Shown: piece by piece, positions 1 through 10,163 of the stretch
Numbering within the stretch: the first letter of the stretch is position 1
Layout of the letters: the number at the start of each line of letters is the position of its first letter
Assembly (NCBI GenBank): GCA_000398025.1
Contig: ASKX01000003.1
Span: 6,143-70,142 of the forward strand
Source of the DNA: Candidatus Paceibacter normanii SCGC AAA255-P19
GTDB lineage: Bacteria > Patescibacteriota > Minisyncoccia > Minisyncoccales > Paceibacteraceae
Length of the DNA stretch: 64,000 bases
Direction of reading: 5' to 3'
Notes under the pieces: generated by a model
Databases searched by the model: none
Seen by the model: the letters and a program-made list of their open reading frames with translations, nothing else
Told to the model about the DNA's origin: nothing
Translations under genes and position numbers: made by a program

Positions 1-1
1 G

Positions 2-1417
2 GAAAGTGCTAACCAGTGGCAATTTGGCCAGGAATTTTTATATTATTCTGGAAATAACCTTGATAAAATATTGTTCCGGGCAAGACTCTCCATAGTTTTT
101 CTTTCAATCTTTTTAGGTTGGTTTCTTTTTCATTGGGCCAGAAAATTAGGAGGCAACAAAACAGCCCTTTTGGTTTTAACTCTTTTTTCTTTCTCGCCTA
201 CTTTTCTGGCTCACGGCCGTTTGGTAACCACTGACCTGGCTGCCACTTTAGGAGTAGTTTTAGCTGTTTATTTTTGGCTGAAGTTCTTAGAAAATCCTTC
301 AAGGAAGAATATAATTTTCGCCGGTCTAATTTTAGGCTTAGCCTTACTTTTTAAGTTTTCTTTGCTAATTTTAGTTCCCTTTTTGGGGTTAATTACTTTA
401 ATTTATGTTTTGTTGAAAACAAAAAAAATTAACCAAATTTTAAAATACGTTAGCCAAGCAATTTTGGCTGGAATAATTTCAATGTTAGTAATCTGGTTGA
501 TTTATCAATTCCAGATAACTTCTTATTTCTCCGGGGCTTTAATGGCAATAAAAAGAGCCACCTTGCCTTCCTGGTGGCCCACTTATCTTTTAGGCCAGAT
601 CTCTTCTTTCGGTTTCTGGTATTATTTTCCCGTCACCTATTTTTTGAAAATCCCTTTAGCTTTTCATATTTTAACTTTAATCGCTCTGTTTGGAGCGTTC
701 TGGAAGACAAAGAAACGATCTTTTTCAAAGCTAGGAGAAAAAATTCAAGGTTGGATTGCAGAACATTTTACAGAATTCACAATGATTGCTTTTTTAATAG
801 TTTACTGGTTAGTTGCCGTAAATAGTCGACTTAACATTGGAGTAAGGCATCTCCTTCCCACTTTCCCTTTTATTTATATTTTAGTCTCGCTGGGAATTAA
901 AAATTGGCTAAAGAATGTTAGGCTGCCCTTTAAAAAAATAGCCGTCTGTTCGATTTCAGTTCTTTTAGTTTGGTATGCCCTTTCTTCTTTGATAGCCTAC
1001 CCTTATTATTTGTCTTATTTTAATGAAATTGCTGGTGGTTCTGAAAATGGCTACAAATATGTTGTTGATTCTAATTGCGATTGGGGTCAAGACTTAAAGA
1101 GACTAGCTAGATGGGTAGATGAACAAGGAATTGAGAAAATTTACGTCGATTATTTTGGCGGAGGAAACGTAGAATATTATTTAGGGGAGAAAGCTGTTCT
1201 TTGGTATGGTTCCTCTTGGTGGAGCTGGTCTGGCTGGCAAACTTTGGAAAAGTTTCCTCGAGGAAATTATTTTGCTGTTTCAGCTACTTTTCTCCAAGGC
1301 GGTCGAGGAGAACCAGCTCCGGGTTTTAATTGGTCAGCTGGCGAATACAGCTGGCTTAATAGCTACCAGCCTCTTGTTCAGATTGGCAACTCCATCTTTG
1401 TTTACTACGTTTATTGA
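2..1417 (+). CDS. Polytopic membrane glycosyltransferase, GT39/ArnT-PMT-like (5' end outside window)
   Basis: Frame is open from nt 2 (ESANQWQFGQEFLYYSGNN) into ORF 71..1417. Many hydrophobic segments followed by a soluble C-terminal domain. Family call rests on general resemblance only. Confidence 0.55.
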   Translation, partial: ESANQWQFGQEFLYYSGNNLDKILFRARLSIVFLSIFLGWFLFHWARKLGGNKTALLVLTLFSFSPTFLAHGRLVTTDLAATLGVVLAVYFWLKFLENPSRKNIIFAGLILGLALLFKFSLLILVPFLGLITLIYVLLKTKKINQILKYVSQAILAGIISMLVIWLIYQFQITSYFSGALMAIKRATLPSWWPTYLLGQISSFGFWYYFPVTYFLKIPLAFHILTLIALFGAFWKTKKRSFSKLGEKIQGWIAEHFTEFTMIAFLIVYWLVAVNSRLNIGVRHLLPTFPFIYILVSLGIKNWLKNVRLPFKKIAVCSISVLLVWYALSSLIAYPYYLSYFNEIAGGSENGYKYVVDSNCDWGQDLKRLARWVDEQGIEKIYVDYFGGGNVEYYLGEKAVLWYGSSWWSWSGWQTLEKFPRGNYFAVSATFLQGGRGEPAPGFNWSAGEYSWLNSYQPLVQIGNSIFVYYVY

Positions 1418-1483
1418 ATAAAGTAAAATGAAATAATCATTATAATTAAAAGGTCGTTTTTGAACTTTTTATTTTCTAAAAAA

Positions 1484-1921
1484 ATGAACCAAAAAACCAT
1501 TTATATCATTCTAGGAATAGTGATAATTTTGGTGGTCGCTTTAGTTTTCATTATTGGAAAAGGAGAAAAAGCAGTCAAAGCCCCAGGAGCTACTTCCGGA
1601 GAGCTTTCTGGCCAAGAGAGCGAGGAAGTGGAAGAGATTGTTAACGAAGCAGTTAAAAAACAAGATACTTTTATTTGTCAGCAGCTGATAAAGGAAGAAG
1701 ACAAGAAAACTTGCCAGGAAAAGGTGATTAAAACCAAAGCTCTTAGCCAAAAAGATTTTAGTATCTGTGAGCAAATTGAAACTGAACAAGGGAGGGCTCA
1801 CTGTCGAGACAGCATCATTATGACTCAAGTTGTTGAAACCCAAGATGCTAGTCTTTGCGACCAGATGAGTAATTCCCATACGGTCAAACAGTGCCAAGAT
1901 TACATAGTTTCACTTAAATAA
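1484..1921 (+). CDS. Hypothetical N-terminally anchored protein with paired-Cys repeats
   Basis: ATG at 1484 gives MNQKTIYIILGIVIILVVAL as a TM anchor. Repeated Cys pairs: ICQQL..TCQEK, ICEQI..HCRDS, LCDQM..QCQDY. TTG 1460 is an alternative start. Confidence 0.5.
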   Translation: MNQKTIYIILGIVIILVVALVFIIGKGEKAVKAPGATSGELSGQESEEVEEIVNEAVKKQDTFICQQLIKEEDKKTCQEKVIKTKALSQKDFSICEQIETEQGRAHCRDSIIMTQVVETQDASLCDQMSNSHTVKQCQDYIVSLK

Positions 1922-2013
1922 AAACACTTTTTAAAAAATAATTAATAAATTAAATTAGGGGCTGGAGCTTAATTCAATTTTAAGCTCTACTTGCTAATTT
2001 AATTATAAAAAAA

Positions 2014-3723
2014 ATGGCTCAAAAAATTTTAAAATTTTCTTTATCAGTTTTTTTGATTTTAGGGATGACTTTGAACAGTCAGATAGTTCTAGCTTGGACC
2101 GGTCCCCCCGGTCCCCCGCCCAGTCCTTGTCCGGCTGACTGGCCCGGCTGTTCTCCTCCTCTTAATGTTAGCTCGGCTGACCAAACCAAAGAAGGAGCTT
2201 TAACCGTTAAATCCTTTATTTACGGTGATGATATTCGGTTAGGATATTGGTCAGAGTCGGGCGAGGTAACGGTAGCTGGTGATATTGAAATTCATGACGA
2301 CTCAGAAAACCAAACTTTTCTCTTAGATGGTGATACTGGTAGATTGACCATTGGCGAATCAATCATCCTTACCCCTCGTTCTTCGCCTCCGATTGCTACC
2401 TGTTCAGCTAGCATTAAGGGTATGGTTTATTTTGATAGCGATGATGACCAACCCTATTATTGTAACGGTTCCGACTGGGTAAACTCCAAAGGTCCCACCG
2501 GTCCCACCGGCCCGACTGGTCCTGCCGGTCCAACCGGAGAGGGTAGCGTGGTCCCAGGTCCCACTGGCCCGACTGGTGCTCCCGGTCCTCCCGGAGGATT
2601 AGGTCCTACTGGGTTAACCGGCGCCACTGGCTCCACTGGCCCGACCGGCCTCACTGGCCCGACCGGTCCTACTGGCCCAACTGGCGCTGACAGTACAGTG
2701 CCAGGCCCAACTGGTCCTACCGGTCCTACTGGCTCAACTGGCCCGACTGGCCCAAAAGGGGCTACTGGGAATACAGGAGCTATTGGGGCTACAGGAGTAA
2801 CCGGACCTACCGGCCCAACTGGTGCTGACAGCGTAGTGCCTGGTCCCACTGGCCCAACTGGATCTACCGGCCCTACTGGGCCAACTGGCGCAGACAGTAC
2901 TGCCCCTGGACCTACCGGGTCAACTGGTCCAACTGGGCCAACTGGCCCTACCGGCGCTGATAGTATAGTACCAGGGCCTACCGGACCGACTGGTCCAACT
3001 GGTCCCACTGGCTCTTCTGGTCCTACTGGCTCTACCGGCCCAACTGGACCAGTTAATCCCGACGATTACGGTCGCTATAACGTGTCCGCTACTCTTTATG
3101 AAGGCACTTCTACTCTTTCTTCCATATATCAAGAAGACATAGGTTCAGACTGCGAAAGCGATAATTATGTTTACGGTGTTTTTAATTCTGGTACTTTGAA
3201 GTGCCGGGCTGATCAAGGTATTACTTCTGAATCAGATCCCCAAGTAGGCACTCTTACTAGTGGAAAATGGTGTACCACCAATGGCAGTACAGTTAATTGC
3301 ACCAGTGATGCCCCCAGCGGTGGAGGATATGATAGCTGTTCAGATATTGAGACAGATTGTAATTATGTTAATGAAAGTGGAGACGATATGAGTGGAGATC
3401 TCAAATTTACCCACTCTGATGCTGATATAAAAGCCCCTTCTTCTACTCTTTGGCTTCAGTATGGCACCGGGCAAAAAACTCACATTGATGGCGGGCTGGA
3501 AGTTGATGAATATCTTGAGATCCCTACTATGTCCTCTCGATCAGGCGTAGATGAGTCTGCCTATGTTCACGGTGATCACGGTACTTATAATTTAGGCGTT
3601 ACTTGTAGCTCTAGCAATCGGGGGAGGATTGGACTTAGCTACAATAATGATAAAAGCACTCACTCTCTCTGTTTTTGCGGAAAATACGAAGGTAGTTACG
3701 AATGGATGTGTTTGGTTTGGTAA
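2014..3723 (+). CDS. Secreted collagen-like (Gly-X-Y) repeat protein with Cys-containing C-terminal globular domain
   Basis: Signal-like N-terminus [20 protein letters not shown]. Long run of [13 protein letters not shown]-type triplets, broken by one GEGSVVPG and four GADSxxPG motifs. Non-repetitive C-terminal domain of about 230 aa. Confidence 0.8.
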   Translation: MAQKILKFSLSVFLILGMTLNSQIVLAWTGPPGPPPSPCPADWPGCSPPLNVSSADQTKEGALTVKSFIYGDDIRLGYWSESGEVTVAGDIEIHDDSENQTFLLDGDTGRLTIGESIILTPRSSPPIATCSASIKGMVYFDSDDDQPYYCNGSDWVNSKGPTGPTGPTGPAGPTGEGSVVPGPTGPTGAPGPPGGLGPTGLTGATGSTGPTGLTGPTGPTGPTGADSTVPGPTGPTGPTGSTGPTGPKGATGNTGAIGATGVTGPTGPTGADSVVPGPTGPTGSTGPTGPTGADSTAPGPTGSTGPTGPTGPTGADSIVPGPTGPTGPTGPTGSSGPTGSTGPTGPVNPDDYGRYNVSATLYEGTSTLSSIYQEDIGSDCESDNYVYGVFNSGTLKCRADQGITSESDPQVGTLTSGKWCTTNGSTVNCTSDAPSGGGYDSCSDIETDCNYVNESGDDMSGDLKFTHSDADIKAPSSTLWLQYGTGQKTHIDGGLEVDEYLEIPTMSSRSGVDESAYVHGDHGTYNLGVTCSSSNRGRIGLSYNNDKSTHSLCFCGKYEGSYEWMCLVW

Positions 3724-3764
3724 ATTTAAAGGTTGATTAAATTAAAATAAATTGAAGAAAAAAC

Positions 3765-4316
3765 ATGATTGAAGAAAAAAGTCAAAAATTCCTCAGAATC
3801 CAAAATTTAGTATTAATTATTGGGATAGCTATTTTTATTGGCGGGATTTTAGTAATATTTAACGGTTTAGATGAAAGAATAAAGAGTTTAGAAGAGACGG
3901 TGAATCAGTTTACCTTAGAAGAAGGAAAGATCGTTCCCATAGAAGGAATTTCCGGCACAGGAGAAGAAATTAAGAAAGAAGAAGAGGAAGAGACCCTCAA
4001 GACCTGGAACGAAGTAGCAACATTTAACGGGGTAGAGAGTCAAAAAACAGATTCTTTTTCCGTCCCTACTGAAGAATGGAAAATGAAATGGGAGTTAGAA
4101 AGATATCCTCAGAAAATTGGCCAATTTGCAGTAAAAATTCTCCAAGAAAAGGACAACGCTCTACTTGACTCACTTTCCCGAAGTATTTTGCCAGGAGAAG
4201 GTATTTATTCTGAATCGTTTTTCTATTATCAGGGAGAGGAAAAATTCTATTTTGACGTGACAGCAAATGATTTAAATAACTGGAAGATAAAAGTATACGA
4301 ATTAGAGGAAAAATAA
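3765..4316 (+). CDS. Hypothetical membrane-anchored protein
   Basis: Single N-terminal TM (LVLIIGIAIFIGGILVIF), an acidic linker (KKEEEEE), then a soluble domain. No family recognised. Confidence 0.5.
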   Translation: MIEEKSQKFLRIQNLVLIIGIAIFIGGILVIFNGLDERIKSLEETVNQFTLEEGKIVPIEGISGTGEEIKKEEEEETLKTWNEVATFNGVESQKTDSFSVPTEEWKMKWELERYPQKIGQFAVKILQEKDNALLDSLSRSILPGEGIYSESFFYYQGEEKFYFDVTANDLNNWKIKVYELEEK

Positions 4317-4317
4317 A

Positions 4318-4339
4318 ATACTCTGCTCTGGCAGAGTAT
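4318..4339. terminator. Bidirectional hairpin between convergent genes
   Basis: ATACTCTGC-tctg-GCAGAGTAT is a perfect 9-bp stem. It is flanked by an A-run upstream and a T-rich stretch downstream. Confidence 0.55.
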
Positions 4340-5088
4340 CATTTGAAGGTCAGTTGAATGTCTTGCAGTTCCCATTCTACTGATATCGAATTAATATCGA
4401 GTGCTCTTTCAAAACCATTGGCCGCATCGACTCTCAGAGTGAACTCAACTTTACTTTCTTCCTCTCCCTCGGACTTTTTAAGCTCTCTACTAGGATTAGA
4501 CAGGTATTGTTCTGCCTCAGGCAAAACCCATTTCTTAATCACTTGGCCATCTTTTTTCAATGTAATCAATGGAGTATAGGTAAAGCGAAGAGGTTGCTCA
4601 GTAAGGTTTTCTATAAAGCCAGGGATGGTCAGCACTCCTCGAATTTCTGGTTCACCAGGTCCGCCAGCTGAAACAACTCTGACGCCAAAGAGATACTTAG
4701 CCCGGATTTTCCCTTCAAACTCAGTTGGAACTTTGGCCAGATGGTAGTAATCTTGGTAACATTCGGGACCGGGGATCTCTCCTTTATACATTACTTCCTT
4801 CACCTGGGTTCTTGGGTCAGCTGGCATTTCATTGGGAAACAATATGTGTTCCGCTAAATCCTCTTTGGTGTAAAGAGAAACTGGCCTTTCCTGATCCAGG
4901 CCAAGAAGTTGTTCCACTCTGGTCACTCGCCACTCCAGTTGGGTTACTCTGTCAGTCAGAAGAGTTATTGCTTCCCAAGGATCGCTTATGGCAGCTGCCG
5001 CTCCGGTGGGAAAAGTAAATATAGCCACCAGAAAATAAACAACAAAGACAGTCACAGCGGTTATGCCGATATTCTTTATAGCTTTCAC
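4339..5088 (-). CDS. Hypothetical membrane-anchored protein
   Basis: N-terminal TM (ITAVTVFVVYFLVAIFTF), a coiled segment (LTDRVTQLEWRVTRVEQLL), then a soluble domain. No family recognised. Confidence 0.5.
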   Translation of the reverse strand: MKAIKNIGITAVTVFVVYFLVAIFTFPTGAAAAISDPWEAITLLTDRVTQLEWRVTRVEQLLGLDQERPVSLYTKEDLAEHILFPNEMPADPRTQVKEVMYKGEIPGPECYQDYYHLAKVPTEFEGKIRAKYLFGVRVVSAGGPGEPEIRGVLTIPGFIENLTEQPLRFTYTPLITLKKDGQVIKKWVLPEAEQYLSNPSRELKKSEGEEESKVEFTLRVDAANGFERALDINSISVEWELQDIQLTFK

Positions 5089-5164
5089 GGCTCACCCCCT
5101 ATTTAGTTGTTTGGTGCTTGAATACTGTTCCAATTATCAAATAAAATATAATTTTTGTCAAGTG

Positions 5165-6550
5165 ATGAAAAAATATTTAATTTTAACCCTTTTTGTCTTA
5201 ATATTTTTAACTATTTCTCCTGAAACCGTTCAGGGAGTTTGGATTTCTGGCGGGTGCTATAGCGCAGAAACTAATTGTGAGAGCAATTGCTATACTAACT
5301 GCACCACTCAAGGTTATGCGGCCGGTTATTGTTACGAGGGCTATCCTCAATGCGGCCCAGTTACGGAAAAAAGAACTTGCTGGTGCTGGAAAGAAACGGT
5401 AGCTGATTGCGCTACTGCCTGTTCTGGATACGATAGTTATTATTGTTACCCCTCTTCCAATTGGTGTGGTCAGTTCCCAACTTGTAGTGATTCTACCTTA
5501 TGGTCAGGCTGTGCTTACCAAGGAAGTAAAACTGAATGCCCGGGCGCTTCCCCTTATTGCTATTGTCTTAATTATGCTTACTCAATGACCTGTGCCGCCG
5601 CAGGAGAAACCGTTACCATTAATATTCTAGAAGATGCTGAAGTTCGAGCCGCTTCACCAAACAGTGTTTACAATCGAACCTACCTTTTAGCTTACGGTAA
5701 CGCTACTAACGTCTGGCGGCACTTTATAAAGTATGACCTTTCTTCTATTCCGGCCGGAGCAACTATTACTTCAGCAGTTCATTATGCCCACGTCGGCAGT
5801 GTTTACAGCGCAGTAGATGGAGAGTCAAATACTGATTATCATAAAATAGCCGATGATTCTTGGTCAGAAACAACTCTTACCTGGAGCAATCAACCTGCCT
5901 ACGGAGTTCTTATAGATTCAGCCCTTCCTACGGCATCCGGAGAATGGGCGAGCTGGGATATAACTGGTTATGCCCAAGAAGAATTTGGAGGCGATAAGGT
6001 TCTGAGTGTGTTGGGCAAAGCCAGATCTGAAGCTTGTTCAGGGGCTTGTGGCTATTGGTATCGCTCTTCTGAAAGCTCACCTCCACCCTATCTTGAAGTT
6101 ACCTATACTTCTGGTGCTGCTCCTTCTCCTTGCGGTGGCACAGCTAGCTATGTGACGCCCTTGAGCGCTACGGCAAGTTCAGAATATAGTTCATCATTCT
6201 CTGCCTCAAAAGCCATCGATGGCAATACTGGTTCAGGTTGGTATTCTCAATACAATGCTCCACCCCGCTGGATATACTTTGACTTAGGTAGCGAAAAGTG
6301 TATTAGTGGAATAAAGGGAATATTTTATACCTACGGTTATCCAATAATTATGGATATCCAAATTTCAAATGACACTATCTCTTGGACAACAGTGGTTTCG
6401 AGTTGGAGCGTGACAGATACTTCATACCAATGGAAAGAAGAACTCTTTACCGAAGCCCACGCTCGTTACCTTAGATTAAATGAAACGGCCTTTCAATATT
6501 ACGGAAATTGTTGTGAAATGCAAATTAAAACCCGAAATTACACTCCATAG
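5165..6550 (+). CDS. Secreted multidomain protein: Cys-rich N-domain, DNRLRE/CBM-like domain, F5/8 type C (discoidin)-like domain
   Basis: Start moved to ATG 5165, giving signal peptide MKKYLILTLFVLIFLTISPETVQG. About 140 aa densely packed with Cys. SWSETTLTWSNQP motif. C-terminal AIDGNTGSGWYS discoidin-like signature. Confidence 0.65.
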   Translation: MKKYLILTLFVLIFLTISPETVQGVWISGGCYSAETNCESNCYTNCTTQGYAAGYCYEGYPQCGPVTEKRTCWCWKETVADCATACSGYDSYYCYPSSNWCGQFPTCSDSTLWSGCAYQGSKTECPGASPYCYCLNYAYSMTCAAAGETVTINILEDAEVRAASPNSVYNRTYLLAYGNATNVWRHFIKYDLSSIPAGATITSAVHYAHVGSVYSAVDGESNTDYHKIADDSWSETTLTWSNQPAYGVLIDSALPTASGEWASWDITGYAQEEFGGDKVLSVLGKARSEACSGACGYWYRSSESSPPPYLEVTYTSGAAPSPCGGTASYVTPLSATASSEYSSSFSASKAIDGNTGSGWYSQYNAPPRWIYFDLGSEKCISGIKGIFYTYGYPIIMDIQISNDTISWTTVVSSWSVTDTSYQWKEELFTEAHARYLRLNETAFQYYGNCCEMQIKTRNYTP

Positions 6551-6554
6551 TTAA

Positions 6555-7769
6555 ATGAAAAATTTTTACGCCCCCATTATTTTAATAGCTAGTTTACTTA
6601 TTGTTACTTTTTTGGGCATTTCCGGCTTTTTAGAAATCAAAGAAGCCCAAACCGGAGCTAGCGATAACGCTCAAGGTTGGGCCTGGTCAGACAATATTGG
6701 CTGGATTTCCTTTAACAACCTGACTGACGGCTCGAGCTACAATTACGGAGTAAACATTTCGGATACAGGAATTTTTTCTGGTTATGCCTGGTCAGATAAT
6801 ATTGGCTGGATTAGCTTTAATCGGGTAGATACTGGAGCGCCGCCTGAAGCCCCAGATTATGGTACTCATTTAGCTGAGACAAGTTTAGATACCGGTCAGG
6901 TTTCCGGCTGGGCCAGAGCTTTAAGTTGTGGTGATGGCTGGGATGGCTGGATAAAGCTAAGAGATGCCGGTGATGGTTACGGAGTTTATATTGATAACGA
7001 CCCAGCCAGTGCCACTTATCAACAATTCTTTGACTGGGCTTGGGGCTCAAATGTGGTGGGTTGGATTAACTTTGATCAAGTAACTACTTCTTTTGAATTC
7101 ATTGCTGTTCCCAGCCTGACCAATCTTGATAGCTCCTTTGTTGAACCTTGCGCCCAATCTAGAGTCCCCATTCTTTCTTGGGATACTGACGCTGAGATAC
7201 CATACGATTATCAGCTTCAAATAGATAACAATAGCGACTTTAGTTCGCCCATTATCAGCGACCAAGAACTTTCTACTGATAGCACTTTCTGGGGGCCTGA
7301 GGGTTGTTATTATTGCTGCCAAGTGTCACCTTACGATAATATAGCTTGGGGCGGCAGCACTTACTATTGGCAGGTAAAAGCCAGGAATGCTGACGGCAAT
7401 TGGTCTGGTTGGGCAACCTCTAGTTTTGAAACTAAAGAGCATTGCTATCCTTATCCTGAATTCCTTTGCAATGACTTGGATTGTTCCACCGTCAAGCCCA
7501 CGGAAGAGGAAGCGATTACTTTAAGTGATGACTCTACCGTCTATGGGGGAGCAACTATTACCAATTGCGCTTGGGTCTTACCCTCTGGTTCCACACCAAT
7601 AAGCGGAGACCCAGCCCACGATTGCCAAATTACAGTTAAATTCGCTCAGGGAGCAAACCAGGAAATAATTTTAACCGTTACTGACTCCAGTGGTTATTCT
7701 TGTTCTGGCAGCCAAGAAATTGACGTTCGCCTGCCTCTGCCAGAATGGGAAGAAGTAACTCCCTTTTGA
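6555..7769 (+). CDS. Secreted repeat protein with three WSDNIGWISFN-type motifs
   Basis: N-terminal TM/signal sequence. Motifs GWAWSDNIGWISFNN, GYAWSDNIGWISFNR and DWAWGSNVVGWINFDQ. Cys-containing Ig/FN3-like C-terminal modules. Confidence 0.6.
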   Translation: MKNFYAPIILIASLLIVTFLGISGFLEIKEAQTGASDNAQGWAWSDNIGWISFNNLTDGSSYNYGVNISDTGIFSGYAWSDNIGWISFNRVDTGAPPEAPDYGTHLAETSLDTGQVSGWARALSCGDGWDGWIKLRDAGDGYGVYIDNDPASATYQQFFDWAWGSNVVGWINFDQVTTSFEFIAVPSLTNLDSSFVEPCAQSRVPILSWDTDAEIPYDYQLQIDNNSDFSSPIISDQELSTDSTFWGPEGCYYCCQVSPYDNIAWGGSTYYWQVKARNADGNWSGWATSSFETKEHCYPYPEFLCNDLDCSTVKPTEEEAITLSDDSTVYGGATITNCAWVLPSGSTPISGDPAHDCQITVKFAQGANQEIILTVTDSSGYSCSGSQEIDVRLPLPEWEEVTPF

Positions 7770-7884
7770 CAATTTTTGGAAAATTTGTTAGAATTCAACC
7801 ATAGGAAATTAACTTTGAATTTTTGGAAACCTCAAGCATTATTCAAAAAACCAATGCAAGATAGCCAATCATTCAACTTGAAAA

Positions 7885-9414
7885 ATGAACCAAATTATCC
7901 TTTTAGCACTGGGCGTTTTTGCCTTAGCTATTGGCTCTGTTTTAGGTTATTACGCCCGCCAATCAATTGCCAAAAGAAACTGGAAGACCATCGAAGCCAA
8001 GCTTCAAAAAAGAATAACTCGAGCCAAAGATGACTCAGAGCAAATTCTAATTGAAGCCAAGGAAAAAGCCAACAATTTAGTTGATGAGGCCAAACAAAAA
8101 GAAGACCAAAGAAGAACTGCTCTCTTAAAGACTGAACAACTTTTACTGAAAAGAGAAAATGTTTTAGACCAGAGAGCATCTGGCTTCGAACAAAAACAAA
8201 AAGAATTTCAAGACAAGGTAGAAAAACTGAAAGCAGTTAAAGAAAGCTTAGAAAGCTTAAAGGCCGAAGCCCTTGAGAATTTAGAAAGGGTTTCTGGGCT
8301 TCCTCGCGACAGGGCCAGAGCTGAACTTTTAGAAAATTTGGAGAAAGAATACCAAAAAGAGATTTTGGAAAAACTAAGAAAATTAGAAATGGAAGGGCAA
8401 GAAAAGTTTGAAAGGAAGGCCAAAGAAATTCTTTCTACAGTTGTTCAAAAGTTTGCCTTGTCTCAAGTTCAAGAAATTACTACCACCACTGTTTCTTTAC
8501 CCAACGAAGACATTAAAGGAAGAATTATCGGAAAAGAAGGAAGAAACATTAGGGCCTTAGAAAGCTTAACTGGAGTAGAGTTAGTAGTAGATGATACTCC
8601 GGAGGCAGTAGTTATTTCGGGATTTGACCCTATTCGAAGACAAGTAGCCAAGTCCGCCCTGGAAAAATTAATCCAAGATGGTAGAATTCAACCCGCCCGA
8701 ATTGAAGAAAAAGTTGAAGAAGCTCAAAGAGAAATAGTTGCTCAAATCAAAGAAGCCGGTGAGGCAGCAGTTTATGATGTAGGCCTGGTGACTCTAGACC
8801 CCAAATTAATCCAATTGCTGGGCCGGTTAAGATTTAGGACCAGCTACGGCCAGAACGTTTTGCTTCACTCAATTGAAGTTGCTCACTTAGCTTCAGCTTT
8901 AGCTAATGAAATCGGAGCCAACTCTTTTGTTTGTAAAAAAGCTGGGCTTTTGCACGATATTGGTAAAGCAGTAGACCAGCAGGTAGAGGGTTCTCACACC
9001 GATATTGGAATTCGCATTTTAGAAAAATTTGGAGCTGAGCCCGAAGTGATTACGGCTATGAAGTCCCATCACGAAGAGTATCCTTACGAAACCTTGGAAT
9101 CGGTATTAGTTCAAGCAGCTGACCAAATTTCTGGTGCCCGACCAGGAGCTAGAAAAGATACTTTAGAGAATTATCTAAAGAGGTTGGGAGACTTAGAGGG
9201 ACTTGCCCTTAGCTTTTCAGGAGTAGAAAAGGCCTGGGCCCTGCAAGCTGGCAGAGAGATAAGAGTTTTTGTTAAGCCAGAAGAGATTGATGATCTGCAG
9301 GCCAGAAAACTAGCCAAGGAAGTAGCTAACAGAATTCAAGAAGAGTTGAAATATCCTGGCGAAATAAAAGTTAATGTCATTAGAGAAAGCCGAGTGATTG
9401 AATATGCCAAATAA
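7885..9414 (+). CDS. rny: Ribonuclease Y
   Basis: N-terminal TM and a long coiled coil. KH motif (GRIIGKEGRNIRALE). HD domain (LLHDIGKA, HH at SHHEEY). Confidence 0.9.
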   Translation: MNQIILLALGVFALAIGSVLGYYARQSIAKRNWKTIEAKLQKRITRAKDDSEQILIEAKEKANNLVDEAKQKEDQRRTALLKTEQLLLKRENVLDQRASGFEQKQKEFQDKVEKLKAVKESLESLKAEALENLERVSGLPRDRARAELLENLEKEYQKEILEKLRKLEMEGQEKFERKAKEILSTVVQKFALSQVQEITTTTVSLPNEDIKGRIIGKEGRNIRALESLTGVELVVDDTPEAVVISGFDPIRRQVAKSALEKLIQDGRIQPARIEEKVEEAQREIVAQIKEAGEAAVYDVGLVTLDPKLIQLLGRLRFRTSYGQNVLLHSIEVAHLASALANEIGANSFVCKKAGLLHDIGKAVDQQVEGSHTDIGIRILEKFGAEPEVITAMKSHHEEYPYETLESVLVQAADQISGARPGARKDTLENYLKRLGDLEGLALSFSGVEKAWALQAGREIRVFVKPEEIDDLQARKLAKEVANRIQEELKYPGEIKVNVIRESRVIEYAK

Positions 9415-10163
9415 TGGAAATTAAAACAGTAAAAACTAGGCCGTTTATCCCTCCACGGGACGATCTGCTCTCCTTAATTAAGGAGAGCTTTTCGGATTTG
9501 AAATTGAAAGAAAAATCAATTTTTGTGATTGCCTCCAAAATAGTTTCTATTGGACAAGGAAGATGTATTAGAGCAGATAGAATAAAAGACAAAGACGAGC
9601 TTATCAGAAGAGAAGCTGATTTTTATCTAGAAAGAGAAAAAGTGCCTCACGGCTATGTCATGCTGACTATCAAAGAAAATCTTCTAATTCCTACTGCCGG
9701 GATAGATGAAAGTAATGCTAATGGTTATTTTATTCTCTGGCCAGAAAAACCGAACCTAGCAGCCAAAGAAATCCGCCAGTTTTTAAGAGAAAATTATCAT
9801 TTGAAAAAACTAGGGGTGATTATTGCTGATAGCCACTGCACGCCTTTAAGATGGGGCACCACTGGCATTGCCATTGCCTATTACGGCTTTTACCCTCTTA
9901 AAGATTACCGTGGAGCCAAAGATATTTTTGGTAGGATAATGAAAATCACTCAGTCCAATAAGGTAGATGGCTTGGCAGCCGCTGCCGTCAGCTGCATGGG
10001 AGAAGGAGATGAAATGACCCCCCTGGCCATTATTGAAGATATTGATTTCGTTGATTTTAAGGAATTCGATTCAACCAAATCTGATCCTTTGAAGATAGAC
10101 AGGCACGAAGACATTTATTCTCCTTTGATAGATAGCATTAAATGGAAAAAAGGGAGCGGATAA
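9414..10163 (+). CDS. CofE-like gamma-glutamyl ligase family protein (F420-0/folate-type)
   Basis: Motifs VIASKIVSIGQGR, PTAGIDESNA and ADSHCTPLRWGTTGIAI resemble CofE. The start overlaps the rny stop (TAATG). Confidence 0.6.
   Translation: MEIKTVKTRPFIPPRDDLLSLIKESFSDLKLKEKSIFVIASKIVSIGQGRCIRADRIKDKDELIRREADFYLEREKVPHGYVMLTIKENLLIPTAGIDESNANGYFILWPEKPNLAAKEIRQFLRENYHLKKLGVIIADSHCTPLRWGTTGIAIAYYGFYPLKDYRGAKDIFGRIMKITQSNKVDGLAAAAVSCMGEGDEMTPLAIIEDIDFVDFKEFDSTKSDPLKIDRHEDIYSPLIDSIKWKKGSG

Noticed and set aside
2457-3008. 183-aa antisense ORF (GPVGPVGPV...) opposite the collagen-like gene
   Set aside because: It is the mirror image of the GGN-CCN-ACN triplet repeat. The periodic repeat lacks stop codons on both strands. 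The sense ORF has a signal peptide and a globular C-terminus, and the antisense ORF has neither.
5063-5164. N-terminal 34 codons of ORF 5063..6550
   Set aside because: The extension overlaps the divergent gene 4339..5088 and has no signal-peptide character. The internal ATG 5165 begins a textbook signal peptide (MKKYLILTLFVLIFLTISPETVQG).
7776-8033. 85-aa ORF upstream of and overlapping rny
   Set aside because: It overlaps the well-supported rny start region in another frame. It has no recognisable features and its composition is typical of a non-coding leader.
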